Assembly (NCBI GenBank): GCA_019636235.1
Contig: JAHBXW010000003.1
Location: 1-64,000, forward strand
DNA from: Planctomyces sp.
Lineage (GTDB): Bacteria > Planctomycetota > Planctomycetia > Planctomycetales > Planctomycetaceae
Length of the DNA stretch: 64,000 nt
Reading direction: 5' to 3'
The notes under the pieces are model-generated. The model was not told the DNA's origin and did no database searches. It saw only the letters and a list, made by a program, of their open reading frames with translations. Made by a program: the position numbers and the translations under genes. Of this stretch, positions 19,515 through 27,947 are shown one piece after another. The first letter of the stretch is position 1. Every line of letters begins with the position of its first letter.

Positions 19515-21793
19515 CGGATTCCGATCTGTTGCACGTCCTGATCATCGAAGACGATCCGGGCACCGCTCGCCTGCAGCAGAAGGTGCTGGCGCGGTCCGGC
19601 TACCGCGTGACGCCCGTGGCCGGCCCCGACGCCGCGCGGGACGTGCTCGCCCGCGAGGACGTGCACCTGATCCTGTTCGACTACCGGCTGGCTGACGGCC
19701 GCGACGGGCTTGAGTTCTACCAGGCGCTCAAACGCGACGGCATCCACCTGCCGGCCATCATGGTCACCGGCTTTCCCAGCGAGACGCTGGTGATCCAGGC
19801 GATGCGGGCGGGCGTCCGCGACTTCGTAACCAAGTCCACCGAGTATCTCGACCTCCTCACGGGCACGGTCGACCACGTGCTGCGGCGGGCGCTGATCGAG
19901 CGCAAACTGGTCGAGTCCGAAGAGCTGCACCGCATCACGCTGGCCAGCGTCTCCGACGCCGTGCTGATCACCGATGACGACGGACGGTTCGTGTACGTCA
20001 GCCCGGGCGTCGAACGGATGTTCGGCATCCCGGCGGACGTGGCGCTGGGCCTGGGCACGGTGGACCGGCTGCTGGGCCCGGTGGACTTTTCGCCGGCGCA
20101 GCTCGCCGCGGAAGGGGAGCTGGTCAACCTGCCGCATGCCGTGCGGAACCGGCGGGGCGAGGAACACGATCTGCTGATCAACATCAAACAGGTCTCCATT
20201 CGGGGCGGCACGCGGCTATACACCTGCCGCGACGTCACGGCTCACCGCCGCGTGGAATCGGCGCTGCAGACGGAGCGCGAATTCAGCGCGCACATCGTGG
20301 GCGCGGCCCCGTTCGTGATCTGCCAGATTCGGCCGGACGGCGAAACCCAGTTCGTCAACCCGGCCATCACGCAGGTCGCCGGATACGAGCCTCATGAAAT
20401 CATCGGCCAGAACTGGTGGTCTCTGTTCTACCCCGGCGCGGAGCATGCGCAGGTCGAGCAGCTGTTCCAGAACCTGAACGCCGAGGGGGTTCGCGACTAC
20501 GAAATGCGGCTCACCACGCGCGACGGCCGGCAGCGGACGATCGCGTGGAACTCCGTCAACCGCCTCAACGCGGCCGGCGAACTCGAATCGATCATCGGCA
20601 TCGGCTGGGACGTCACCGAGCGCAAACTGCTGGAAGAGCAGCTCCGCCAGTCGCAGAAGATGGAAGCCGTCGGCAGTCTGGCAGGCGGCATCGCCCACGA
20701 CTTCAATAACCTGCTGACGGTGATCCTCGGCAACGGCGAACTCGCCCTGGAACTCCTGCAGACGGGCGAACCCGTCGACGAGCTGCTGGAGGACATCATG
20801 GGCGCCGCCCGCCGCGCCAGCGCGCTCACGCGCCAACTCCTGGCGTTCAGCCGCAAGCAGCTCCTGAACCCCCAGCGACTGGACGTCAACCGGCTGGTGT
20901 CGAACATCGAGCGGCTGCTGCAGCGCGTCATCGGCGAGGACATCGAACTCCGCACGAGCCTGACGTCCGACCTGCCGCTGGTGAAGGTCGATCCCAGTCA
21001 GTTCGAGCAGATCCTGCTGAACCTGGCGGTCAACGCGCGGGACGCCATGCCGCGCGGGGGACGGCTGACGATCGCGACGTCGCTGGCCGTCCTCGATGAG
21101 GATTACTCGGCCCTGCACCCGGCCGTGGCGCCTGGCCCGTACATTCAGGTGGCGGTCAGCGACACCGGCACGGGCATTCCGAAATCGATCCGGAACCGGA
21201 TCTTCGAACCGTTCTTCACCACCAAAGCGACCGGAAAAGGGACCGGGCTGGGATTGGCGACGGTGTTCGGCATCGTCCAGCAAAGCGGCGGCCACATCGC
21301 GTTCTACAGCGAAGAAAGTCAGGGAACGACGTTCCGGATCGTGCTGCCCGCGACGCTGTCCGCCGGCGAGAAGCGCGCCGACATCGACGGGAGCCCGCCG
21401 CGCCGGGGTTCGGAACGGGTGCTGTTGATTGAAGACGAGCCGCGGCTGCGCGAGCTGACGCGGAAGATGCTGGAGCGGGACGGCTACGAGGTGCGGGATT
21501 TCGGCGATCCGGAGGAGGCGGCCGCGATCGACGACGAGACGCTGCGGTCCTGCGAGCTGCTGCTGACCGACGTGGTGATGCCCGGGATGAGCGGTCCGCA
21601 GGCGGCGGACAAGCTGACGGCGCGGCATCCGGAGCTGAAAGTGCTGTTCATGTCGGGGCACACGGAGGACGCCGTGATCCGCCACGGGGTGGACAACGTG
21701 GTGAAGGCGTTTCTGCAGAAGCCATTTTCGCGGAACCTGCTGTCGCAGAAGCTCCGGGGCCTGCTGGACGGGGGAGAAACGGAAGCCGATTGA
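19511..21793 (+). CDS. Hybrid sensor histidine kinase/response regulator (REC-PAS-PAS-HisKA-HATPase-REC)
   Basis: N-terminal REC ([13 protein letters not shown]...[17 protein letters not shown]), two PAS/PAC regions, H-box ([13 protein letters not shown]), HATPase ([13 protein letters not shown]...DTGTGIP...GTGLGLA) and a C-terminal REC ([13 protein letters not shown]...[13 protein letters not shown]). Confidence 0.85.
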   Translation: MTDSDLLHVLIIEDDPGTARLQQKVLARSGYRVTPVAGPDAARDVLAREDVHLILFDYRLADGRDGLEFYQALKRDGIHLPAIMVTGFPSETLVIQAMRAGVRDFVTKSTEYLDLLTGTVDHVLRRALIERKLVESEELHRITLASVSDAVLITDDDGRFVYVSPGVERMFGIPADVALGLGTVDRLLGPVDFSPAQLAAEGELVNLPHAVRNRRGEEHDLLINIKQVSIRGGTRLYTCRDVTAHRRVESALQTEREFSAHIVGAAPFVICQIRPDGETQFVNPAITQVAGYEPHEIIGQNWWSLFYPGAEHAQVEQLFQNLNAEGVRDYEMRLTTRDGRQRTIAWNSVNRLNAAGELESIIGIGWDVTERKLLEEQLRQSQKMEAVGSLAGGIAHDFNNLLTVILGNGELALELLQTGEPVDELLEDIMGAARRASALTRQLLAFSRKQLLNPQRLDVNRLVSNIERLLQRVIGEDIELRTSLTSDLPLVKVDPSQFEQILLNLAVNARDAMPRGGRLTIATSLAVLDEDYSALHPAVAPGPYIQVAVSDTGTGIPKSIRNRIFEPFFTTKATGKGTGLGLATVFGIVQQSGGHIAFYSEESQGTTFRIVLPATLSAGEKRADIDGSPPRRGSERVLLIEDEPRLRELTRKMLERDGYEVRDFGDPEEAAAIDDETLRSCELLLTDVVMPGMSGPQAADKLTARHPELKVLFMSGHTEDAVIRHGVDNVVKAFLQKPFSRNLLSQKLRGLLDGGETEAD

Positions 21794-21807
21794 GCGCGCG
21801 GACAAAC

Positions 21808-21845
21808 GGCGCGGGCGGGTTCTTCCCCCGCGCCGCCGCGATTTC
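21808..21845. terminator. GC-rich hairpin (GGCGCGGG...CCCGCGCC) between convergent genes; candidate intrinsic or bidirectional terminator
   Basis: An 8-bp perfect stem with a T-containing tail on the plus side. It lies between the hybrid HK stop (21793) and the Gly-rich gene stop (21872). Confidence 0.4.
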
Positions 21846-21871
21846 GGATCGACTCGCCTCCCGCAAGCGCG

Positions 21872-23770
21872 TCACTCCTCCTCGTCGTCCTCCTCAGGCG
21901 TCTCCAGCCGCACCAGCAGCCACGTTTCCGTGCGGTCCGGGCCGTAATGCACGAGGGCCGCCGCTTCGTCCTGCGTCAGGTTTCCCAGGCCCGTCTCGAC
22001 GACGACATCCTCGCTTTCACCGATCCGGAACGCTGTTCGTTGGGTCTCCCGGTCCACCTGCCCCTGCACGTTCAGGGCCTCGTCGGTTTCGGTGTTGTAC
22101 AGCGACCCCGAGATCAGCCCCTCCCGCGACACCGCCAGTTGCAGCAGCCGCGTCGGCTCGACGTCCTGATCGCTGGACGACACGGCGAACGTGCCCAGCG
22201 GCAGCCACTCGGCGGCCTCCGCCTGCTCGTCCGTCTCCGGGGCGGGGATCGTCGCGAGATCCGCGGCCGACATCGCGAACTCCGCCGGCGAACCGACCTC
22301 CTGCCCGCCGATCGTCACGACGTTGTTCTGATAGACGACGTTTCCCTGCGGGCCGTAGTCGTAGTACACCGGCTGCGCCCAGACCTGTTGCGGCGCCGGT
22401 CCCCAGGCGAACCAGTTCGTCACCACCGCCCACGTCGGAACGGTCCACCAGTAACGCGCTGGATACCGGCCGACATGCCAGCCGTAATGCCAGCCCCCGT
22501 ACCAGTACGGCCGGTCATACCACCAGTTGCCGTAGAAATACCGGCGGTGATAGTTGTTGACGTACCAGTGGCGGCGAACACTGTTGCCCCAGCCGTACCA
22601 GTAATCCGGCCGCCCGACGGGACGGTTCCACCAACCAGGCCGTGCGGGCCGCAGAAACGCATTGTTCCACTGGTTGTTGATCGATACGCGGCGGTCGTTG
22701 TTGATCGTCACCCAGTTGGGCCGCGAATGAATCGTGTTGTTGCCCCCCGGGCGATGCGCCCAGCCAGGCCGGTCTCCCGGTCGGTCGCCGGGACGGAATC
22801 CGGGCCGATCACCGGGACGATCACCGGGACGGCCCCCCTGCCCCGGCCGATTCCCCTGCCCGGGACGATCCCCCGGAACGGGCCGCGCGCCCGGCAACGG
22901 CGCGGGCAGCGTCGTTGGCCGATCCGCGAGGTTGGGACGATCGCCCCCTCCGGGACGTCCGGGACGTTCTCCCCCCGGGCGAACCGCGGGCAGCGTGACG
23001 GGGCGATCGATCCCCAGAAAGTCGCCGACGTCTCCCGGCGACGGGCGCGTGCCAGGACGTGTGGTCCCGCCAGGGCGCGTGCCGCCTGGCGCGGGCCGCT
23101 CGCCGCCAGGCCTGGCGGGCAGTGTCGCAACCGGCGGTCGCGACGGCGCCGGGCGCGTCCCCCCCGCATCTCCCGGCCGCGGCGCGGGACGCGTTGAGGG
23201 ACGGGACGCTCCGAGATCCGGATTGCCAATTCCGGGACGCGGGATCGGACGCGTTTCGCCGATGCCTCCCGGTCGATCGGGTCGACTCGCGATCGGAGGC
23301 CGGACGTCGACGGACGGACCGGTTGGACGCGAGGGCGTCGCGGGACGCACGGCCGGCTTCATGCCGCCGGCCGGTCGGCCGACATTCCCTCCGCCTCCGC
23401 CGCCAATTCCGGGGCCTCCCCCCGGGCTTGGTCGGGACACATTCGGACGGCTGACCGGCGGTCGCGGCTGTGCGGGACGCGAGATCGCCGCGCCGCCGCC
23501 GCCCAGTCCGCCGCCGCCTCCGCGCCCGCCGCCAGGTCGAGCCCCGCCGCCGCCCGGACGCGCCATTCCACCCCCGGCTCCGCCTGGCCGCCCCCCGCCA
23601 AGATTCGGAGTGCTGGGACGCGATACGCCGCCGCCGTGGGAGGGCGCGGGCCGCACGCCGCCGCCTCGGCCTCCTCCGCTGTGGCCGCCTTTCAGTCCGG
23701 AGGCCTGCAGAGGCCCCGCGAGGGCGAACAACACGGCGCCCGCCAGACACGCATGCTTGTGCAGGTTCAT
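21872..23770 (-). CDS. Secreted low-complexity Gly/Pro/Arg-rich protein with a Trp/Tyr-rich segment and a C-terminal globular domain
   Basis: Signal peptide MNLHKHACLAGAVLFALAGPLQA. About 330 aa of G/P/R-rich sequence includes (RPGD)n tandem repeats, then WWNRPVGRPDYWYGWG...YWWTVPTW, then a more ordinary C-terminal region. The start overlaps the upstream NTF2-like gene stop (ATGA). Confidence 0.55.
   Translation of the reverse strand: MNLHKHACLAGAVLFALAGPLQASGLKGGHSGGGRGGGVRPAPSHGGGVSRPSTPNLGGGRPGGAGGGMARPGGGGARPGGGRGGGGGLGGGGAAISRPAQPRPPVSRPNVSRPSPGGGPGIGGGGGGNVGRPAGGMKPAVRPATPSRPTGPSVDVRPPIASRPDRPGGIGETRPIPRPGIGNPDLGASRPSTRPAPRPGDAGGTRPAPSRPPVATLPARPGGERPAPGGTRPGGTTRPGTRPSPGDVGDFLGIDRPVTLPAVRPGGERPGRPGGGDRPNLADRPTTLPAPLPGARPVPGDRPGQGNRPGQGGRPGDRPGDRPGFRPGDRPGDRPGWAHRPGGNNTIHSRPNWVTINNDRRVSINNQWNNAFLRPARPGWWNRPVGRPDYWYGWGNSVRRHWYVNNYHRRYFYGNWWYDRPYWYGGWHYGWHVGRYPARYWWTVPTWAVVTNWFAWGPAPQQVWAQPVYYDYGPQGNVVYQNNVVTIGGQEVGSPAEFAMSAADLATIPAPETDEQAEAAEWLPLGTFAVSSSDQDVEPTRLLQLAVSREGLISGSLYNTETDEALNVQGQVDRETQRTAFRIGESEDVVVETGLGNLTQDEAAALVHYGPDRTETWLLVRLETPEEDDEEE
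22766..22880. repeat. Imperfect 12-bp tandem repeat (CCGGGACGATCA-like) encoding the (RPGD)n peptide repeats
   Basis: Visible periodicity in the sequence; it encodes PGDRPGDRPGFRPGDRPGDRPGW on the minus strand. Confidence 0.5.
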
Positions 23771-24720
23771 TGGCCGTCCCCCTCCGCCTCGCCGACAACA
23801 TCCGCGGCCAGACGCACCACCCGCACCGGCGGTACGGCCGGCACTGGCTCCCCGTTGACCTCATGGCCGATCAGGCCGACCGTCATCGCCTCATCCCCCT
23901 CGCGCGTCAGCACGTACGTGCCGGACGCCGCGCCGCCGTCCGCCAGAGTCTGCGCCGACTTGATCAGCCAGTCCGATCCGTTCTTCGACCACGTCGCCTC
24001 GCCAAACGAACCATCCGAATAGAACGTCCACGAGCGAATGTGCTGGGCCCGGGGGTCCCAGCCAATGATCTGCGTGCCCTGCGACACCTCTTCGTCGCCG
24101 CGCTGTGTTTGAAAACGCCGCACAAGGAACGTGCCCGACGTGGACCACTGGAACGACGAGCCGGCGACAGCGTCGTCGGATTCGTCCGCCCAGTCGCCGA
24201 TCAGCCAGGCGAGCTCCTCCAGCGCGTCTCTCGGACCGGCGGGCTGCGGCGCCGGCGACTCTTCGACGCTGTCGATCAGCCAGGCGTCTCCTTCCTTGAC
24301 GAGGAGGACCGTGACGGCGAGGACATCGGGCAGCGCATCGGGAATCAGGACGGTGGCGACCCCTTCGGCCCGCGCGACGGTCGGCTGGATCATGCGGACG
24401 TCTGACATCTCCAGAACGAGCCGCTGCTGGGGCTGCAGTTTAAAGGCTTCTGCGAGATCGCGTTCGATGGCGGCGCGTCCGGCCGTGCGCTGGCCGGTCG
24501 AGCGGTCGATGTGCACGCCCGATTCGCGCCAGAGCCGGCCGATGGCCGCGGCGTCGTGCTTGTTGAAGGCCTCTTCATAGGCGGTCGTGACGCTGGCGAG
24601 CGACGCGTCCGCGGGCGCCTCGTCCTGCGCGCAGGCACGATCGGCGAGCAGCGACATGGCGGCGATGACGGCGGCGAGCAGCGCCCTCCAATCCGCGGCA
24701 ACGGTGAGTGGCATGAGCAT
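23767..24720 (-). CDS. Exported NTF2-like/SnoaL-like (DUF4440-like) two-domain protein
   Basis: Start trimmed to MLMPLTVAADWRALLAAVIAAMSLLA (signal-like). Motif AYEEAFNKHDAAAIGRLWRESGVHIDRSTGQRTAGRAAIERDL is typical of the SnoaL/DUF4440 fold. The long N-terminal extension in the ORF track was rejected. Confidence 0.55.
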   Translation of the reverse strand: MLMPLTVAADWRALLAAVIAAMSLLADRACAQDEAPADASLASVTTAYEEAFNKHDAAAIGRLWRESGVHIDRSTGQRTAGRAAIERDLAEAFKLQPQQRLVLEMSDVRMIQPTVARAEGVATVLIPDALPDVLAVTVLLVKEGDAWLIDSVEESPAPQPAGPRDALEELAWLIGDWADESDDAVAGSSFQWSTSGTFLVRRFQTQRGDEEVSQGTQIIGWDPRAQHIRSWTFYSDGSFGEATWSKNGSDWLIKSAQTLADGGAASGTYVLTREGDEAMTVGLIGHEVNGEPVPAVPPVRVVRLAADVVGEAEGDGQ

Positions 24721-24982
24721 TCCTCCAGAGCGGAAAGGCCCGACGTGGGGCGGCGTTGAAGACGGCGGCGTACGGACCGGAACGGGTCTCGGAATTGAAG
24801 GACGCGAGTTCGCCCTGTCCAGTGGCCGAAACGGGCGATTGGCGCCGGGCGATGGCCGCGATTGTCGCGTGCCGACGGCGCGCTTCGCAAGACGGCGAGC
24901 GGGGTCGCCGCGGTTCGCATCCGACTTCACACATCGCCGCGCGGCGTCTGGCGAGACATCCGGAGCCGCAAGGGCGAGCAAC

Positions 24983-25016
24983 AAAAAACCCCTGGTCCGA
25001 TCGCTCGAACCAGGGG
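24983..25016 (-). terminator. Rho-independent terminator downstream of the SPFH gene
   Basis: Hairpin CCCCTGG...CCAGGGG with an A6 run on the plus strand (a U-run on the minus transcript), 85 nt after the stop at 25100. Confidence 0.5.
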
Positions 25017-25099
25017 CGTTCATAACGCACGTCGGCGACGCGCTGCGGGAGCTTCGGCCAGGTCGCCGTCCGCCCCTCGCCCCGCCATCGCACGTCCGA

Positions 25100-26206
25100 T
25101 CACAACAGGTTGACCACCTTGTCCGTCAGCCCCTTGTCGCCCAGGACGACATTGAGCTTGCCGGCGGAGGCGATCTTCTCGAGGACTTCCAGTTCCCGGA
25201 GACGCATCAGGACCGGGTTGTCCGCCAGAACCCGCGCCGTGTTGGCCTGCGACCGCATGGCGGCCGTCTCCTCGCGGCGCGAAATCAGGTTGGCCTCGGA
25301 CGCCTTCTTCGCCTCGGTCACCTTGTTCATCAGGTCCTTCATCTCGCCCGGCAGGATCACATCCCGGATGCCGACCGAAGCGATCTCCAGACCCAACTCC
25401 CCGGCGCGGCGGCGCACCGACTCCTCGATCTCCTTCGCCACGGCGTCCTTGTCCGTCAGAAAAACATCGAGTTCCCGGGCGCCGACCACTCCCCGCAGCA
25501 CGAGCTGCGTCTCACGGTACAGCGCCTGCCGGACATCGTCCGTCTGGCTGACCGCCTTGCGGGCGTCCGCAATGCGGTAGGTCACGACGGCGTTGAGGCG
25601 CAGCGTCACCTTGTCGGCCGTCATGATCTCCTGGCCGCCGACATCAACCATCGTCTCCCGCAGATCGACGTCGACGACCCGGGCCTCGGACTCCCCCTTC
25701 CAGAAGGCGTACAGGCCGGGCGCCAGCGTGTCGACGTAGCGTCCATCGACGTACAGGACGCCGACGTGATCGCGACCGACCGTGCAGATGTCCAGGACGC
25801 GCTGCGCCTGCGGCGACCGCACGATGACCTTCAATTCCTCGTGCTCGAACCGCTCGCGCCGCGCATCGACAATCTCCACCCGGACGGACTTCTGGCCCGT
25901 CCAGTAGGCGTACTGCCCCGCCGGCAGGACATGGCTGAACCGGTTCTCCACCCAGACCAGCGCCCGCTCGTGGTCCTTGAGATCCAGCACGATGGCGCGG
26001 CCGGCGAGCGCGCCCGACTTGACGATCAGGTCGAGCTTCTCATGCACCAGCCAGGGATCCCGCTGCGAAACGACATCCACACGGACCCGGCCGAGCGGGT
26101 CGAAGTAACGCCGCCGGCCCTCCGTCAGCAGGCCGCGGAACTCCCCGTCGCGGAACAACAGTCCCACTTCATAGCTGCGAATCAGACAACGCTTCAGGAA
26201 CAACAC
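25100..26206 (-). CDS. SPFH/Band-7 (stomatin/slipin-like) domain protein
   Basis: Full-length SPFH-like sequence with a coiled-coil C-terminus (…EIEESVRRRAGELGLEIASVGIRDVILPGEMKDLMNKVTEAKKASEANLISRREETAAMRSQ…). Confidence 0.75.
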   Translation of the reverse strand: MLFLKRCLIRSYEVGLLFRDGEFRGLLTEGRRRYFDPLGRVRVDVVSQRDPWLVHEKLDLIVKSGALAGRAIVLDLKDHERALVWVENRFSHVLPAGQYAYWTGQKSVRVEIVDARRERFEHEELKVIVRSPQAQRVLDICTVGRDHVGVLYVDGRYVDTLAPGLYAFWKGESEARVVDVDLRETMVDVGGQEIMTADKVTLRLNAVVTYRIADARKAVSQTDDVRQALYRETQLVLRGVVGARELDVFLTDKDAVAKEIEESVRRRAGELGLEIASVGIRDVILPGEMKDLMNKVTEAKKASEANLISRREETAAMRSQANTARVLADNPVLMRLRELEVLEKIASAGKLNVVLGDKGLTDKVVNLL

Positions 26207-26691
26207 TCGACACCTCCCCGGAGCCTGGCTCCGGTCTGACGGCCCTCACACTCTGCGAAGGCGAACACGCGACTTCTCCGCCGCGAAAAACCTTGAAATA
26301 GAAACCCTTCGAAGGCGGAGCGTTCGTGGATCGCAGGGACGATACGCGGAGCGCGCTTGAGCGCCCGCGGGCAGCGGACTTCAGGCCCATCCGCGGCGAA
26401 GTCTCCCCGCCAGCGACCCCGAAGGGAGGCTGGCCGGCACGGCTTCGTCGCATCCGAACCCTATCTCCGCGACCACGCGAGCGCGGCATCCGCGCGCTGC
26501 AGGGCGTCGCCGCCTGCCGCCCCGTCGGGCCGTTCCTTTGAACTCATCGCGTCGCCGAAGCTCCGCGAACCGGCGCGCAGGCGCCGGGTCCAAAGGGCCG
26601 CCCGGGGGCTGATCCATCGGCCGTCCGCCTCCGTCAGGCCTGTTGCGAAAGCGATTGCTCGCTTTCAGGAGCCGGCCTTCGCCGGCGCTCG

Positions 26692-26766
26692 TGGTTGAGG
26701 CAGGATTCGAACCCGCGACTGCCAGGTTTTTAAGTCTGGTGCTCTACCCGGTTGAGCTACTCAACA
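26692..26766 (-). tRNA. tRNA-Lys-like gene with an atypical anticodon arm (apparent 8-nt loop CTTAAAAA; U1-C72 mismatch)
   Basis: The D-arm (TAGCTCAACCGGGTAGAGC) and T-arm (GCGGGTTCGAATCCTGC) are nearly identical to bacterial tRNA-Lys(UUU). The anticodon region reads CCAGA-CTTAAAAA-CCTGG, not the expected CTTTTAA seven-nucleotide loop. Confidence 0.45.
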
Positions 26767-26873
26767 TCAGCGTCTTCCGGTCAGAACCCATGGCGCGGAA
26801 CGTCCGCGGCCAAACCCTGCCGGGCGGCCGGAACGCCGCTGGACGAACGACGCCAACGACCTTCCTTTCCAAA

Positions 26874-26944
26874 TGACGCCGGTGGGAATCGAACCCAGGT
26901 TGACCGGTCCGCTCCCGGTTGCCTGGCCGTCCGACGCCAGCGTC
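26874..26944 (-). tRNA. tRNA-like sequence; degenerate (G8, weak D-stem, anticodon loop GAGCGGA lacking U33)
   Basis: T-arm CTGGG-TTCGATT-CCCAC and acceptor GACGCTG/CGGCGTC fold. The other arms are non-canonical, so this could be a pseudogene or my misfold. Confidence 0.3.
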
Positions 26945-26956
26945 CATCGCTTCCAA

Positions 26957-27029
26957 TGTTCCCGCCAGGAATCGAACCTGGTCTGCGAGCTTCGCGGGCT
27001 CGCGTGCGAATCCGGCACACTCCGAGAAC
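26957..27029 (-). tRNA. tRNA-Arg-like (anticodon GCG if the loop is CCGCGAA; C33 and G8, both atypical)
   Basis: Acceptor GTTCTCG/CGGGAAC, D-stem GTGT/GCAC, anticodon stem CGAGC/GCTCG, T-arm CCAGG-TTCGATT-CCTGG, discriminator A. Confidence 0.4.
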
Positions 27030-27064
27030 GTTCGCTTTCGCTCGCCCCCTCACCACTCCGCAGG

Positions 27065-27136
27065 TCGTCGGTCCGGGAGTCGAACCCGGTCTGGCGGCTT
27101 CGGAGGCCGCCGTGCAGTCCCTCACACTCACCGACA
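27065..27136 (-). tRNA. tRNA-Arg (anticodon CCG), with U1-G72 and G8
   Basis: Anticodon stem GCGGC/GCCGC, loop CTCCGAA (U33, CCG, A37), T-arm CCGGG-TTCGACT-CCCGG. The D-stem GTGT/GCAC is the same as in the neighbouring gene. Confidence 0.55.
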
Positions 27137-27167
27137 CATCGTCCGTCCCGGTCGACGGACCCTCAGG

Positions 27168-27242
27168 CGTCCTCGAGGGGATTTGAACCCCCGATCTCCG
27201 CCGTGACAGGGCGGCGAGCACTCCGGACTGCTCCACGAGGAC
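27168..27242 (-). tRNA. tRNA-Asp (anticodon GTC)
   Basis: Canonical fold: acceptor GTCCTCG/CGAGGAC, U8, D-stem GAGC/GCTC, anticodon loop CTGTCAC, T-arm GGGGG-TTCAAAT-CCCCT, discriminator G. Confidence 0.85.
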
Positions 27243-27253
27243 GACCAATCAGA

Positions 27254-27324
27254 TGCGCCCAGCGGGAGTCGAACCCGCACACCTGCCCTGGCAGAGCAGT
27301 ACGCTGCCGCTACGTCATGGGCGC
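27254..27324 (-). tRNA. tRNA-Gly (anticodon GCC)
   Basis: Acceptor GCGCCCA/TGGGCGC, anticodon stem CTGCT/GGCAG with loop CTGCCAG (after my corrected fold), T-arm GCGGG-TTCGACT-CCCGC, discriminator A. Confidence 0.8.
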
Positions 27325-27692
27325 AGCAAATGTCCCGGCAGGCCGATTGCGGCCCCGGCTGGATTCGTGATCGCCGCCGGGACCCGCGGCCGACAAAAAA
27401 ACCCGACGTCAGGCGACGCCGGGCAGAAGAGCCATGCTCCAAAGCCTGCCAGCGCGTCACCGGCGCCAAGACTGATCGGATGTGGATCGGTTTCCATGGC
27501 CCAGCCCGAACGCTGTCCCGAAACCGCACCCGCCCGTCGGCCGCAATGCTCCGATCCTGGATCTCAGGCATGACATTGAAGGAGAACTCCCGATCTGCCC
27601 GCTGCTCGCTGAAAGACGCCCGTCGGGCCGATGCCCGCCTGTCGCCGACTCAGACGCGCCGCGACCCCGACGGGTTCGCAAAATAATTCCGT

Positions 27693-27709
27693 GATTCTGG
27701 ATCTGTGAT
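27693..27709 (+). repeat. 17-bp direct repeat copy 1 (GATTCTGGATCTGTGAT)
   Basis: Exact 17/17 match to 32114-32130. The flanks are partially similar (GATCGCTGTGACTCTGTG versus GATGCGCGTCTCCGTGGTG). Confidence 0.6.
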
Positions 27710-27947
27710 CGCTGTGACTCTGTGTTTCAACAAGACGACGGCCGATCTCCGACGTGAGGCGCCGCCCGTGCTGTAGGGTGGCGTCGAGCCGTGAGCCCAG
27801 AGGGCGAGCGGGCGGTGACCCACCGCAAGCATTGATGGACGGTCGTATGACTCTATGAGGAGGTAGGTCGAGCCGATTGGTGGTGGTCTTCGAGGCGTGG
27901 TAAACGACGTTTGTCAAAAACCCGTTTCCACAAGAAGGAGCCCCGCC
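27700..27947 (+). ncRNA. Candidate IS110 5' non-coding region that may encode a bridge/guide RNA
   Basis: IS110-group elements carry a structured ncRNA upstream of the recombinase gene. Here an ORF-poor, lower-GC 250-bp stretch sits directly upstream of the transposase ATG, which has a strong AAGGAG RBS. Inferred, not verified. Confidence 0.3.

Noticed and set aside
20216-21805. 529-aa minus-strand ORF
   Set aside because: It is antisense to the hybrid histidine kinase and its composition is biased.
24587-26239. 550-aa plus-strand ORF
   Set aside because: It is antisense to the SPFH gene and spans that gene's terminator and the intergenic region.
27690-27712. Possible tmRNA 5' end (similarity of GATTCTGGAT to the tmRNA start GGGGCUGAUUCUGGAUUCGACGGG)
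   Set aside because: The similarity stops after 10 nt. There is no TCGACGG, no tRNA-like 3' end and no tag-peptide reading frame, and the same 17-mer recurs at the rlmH start.
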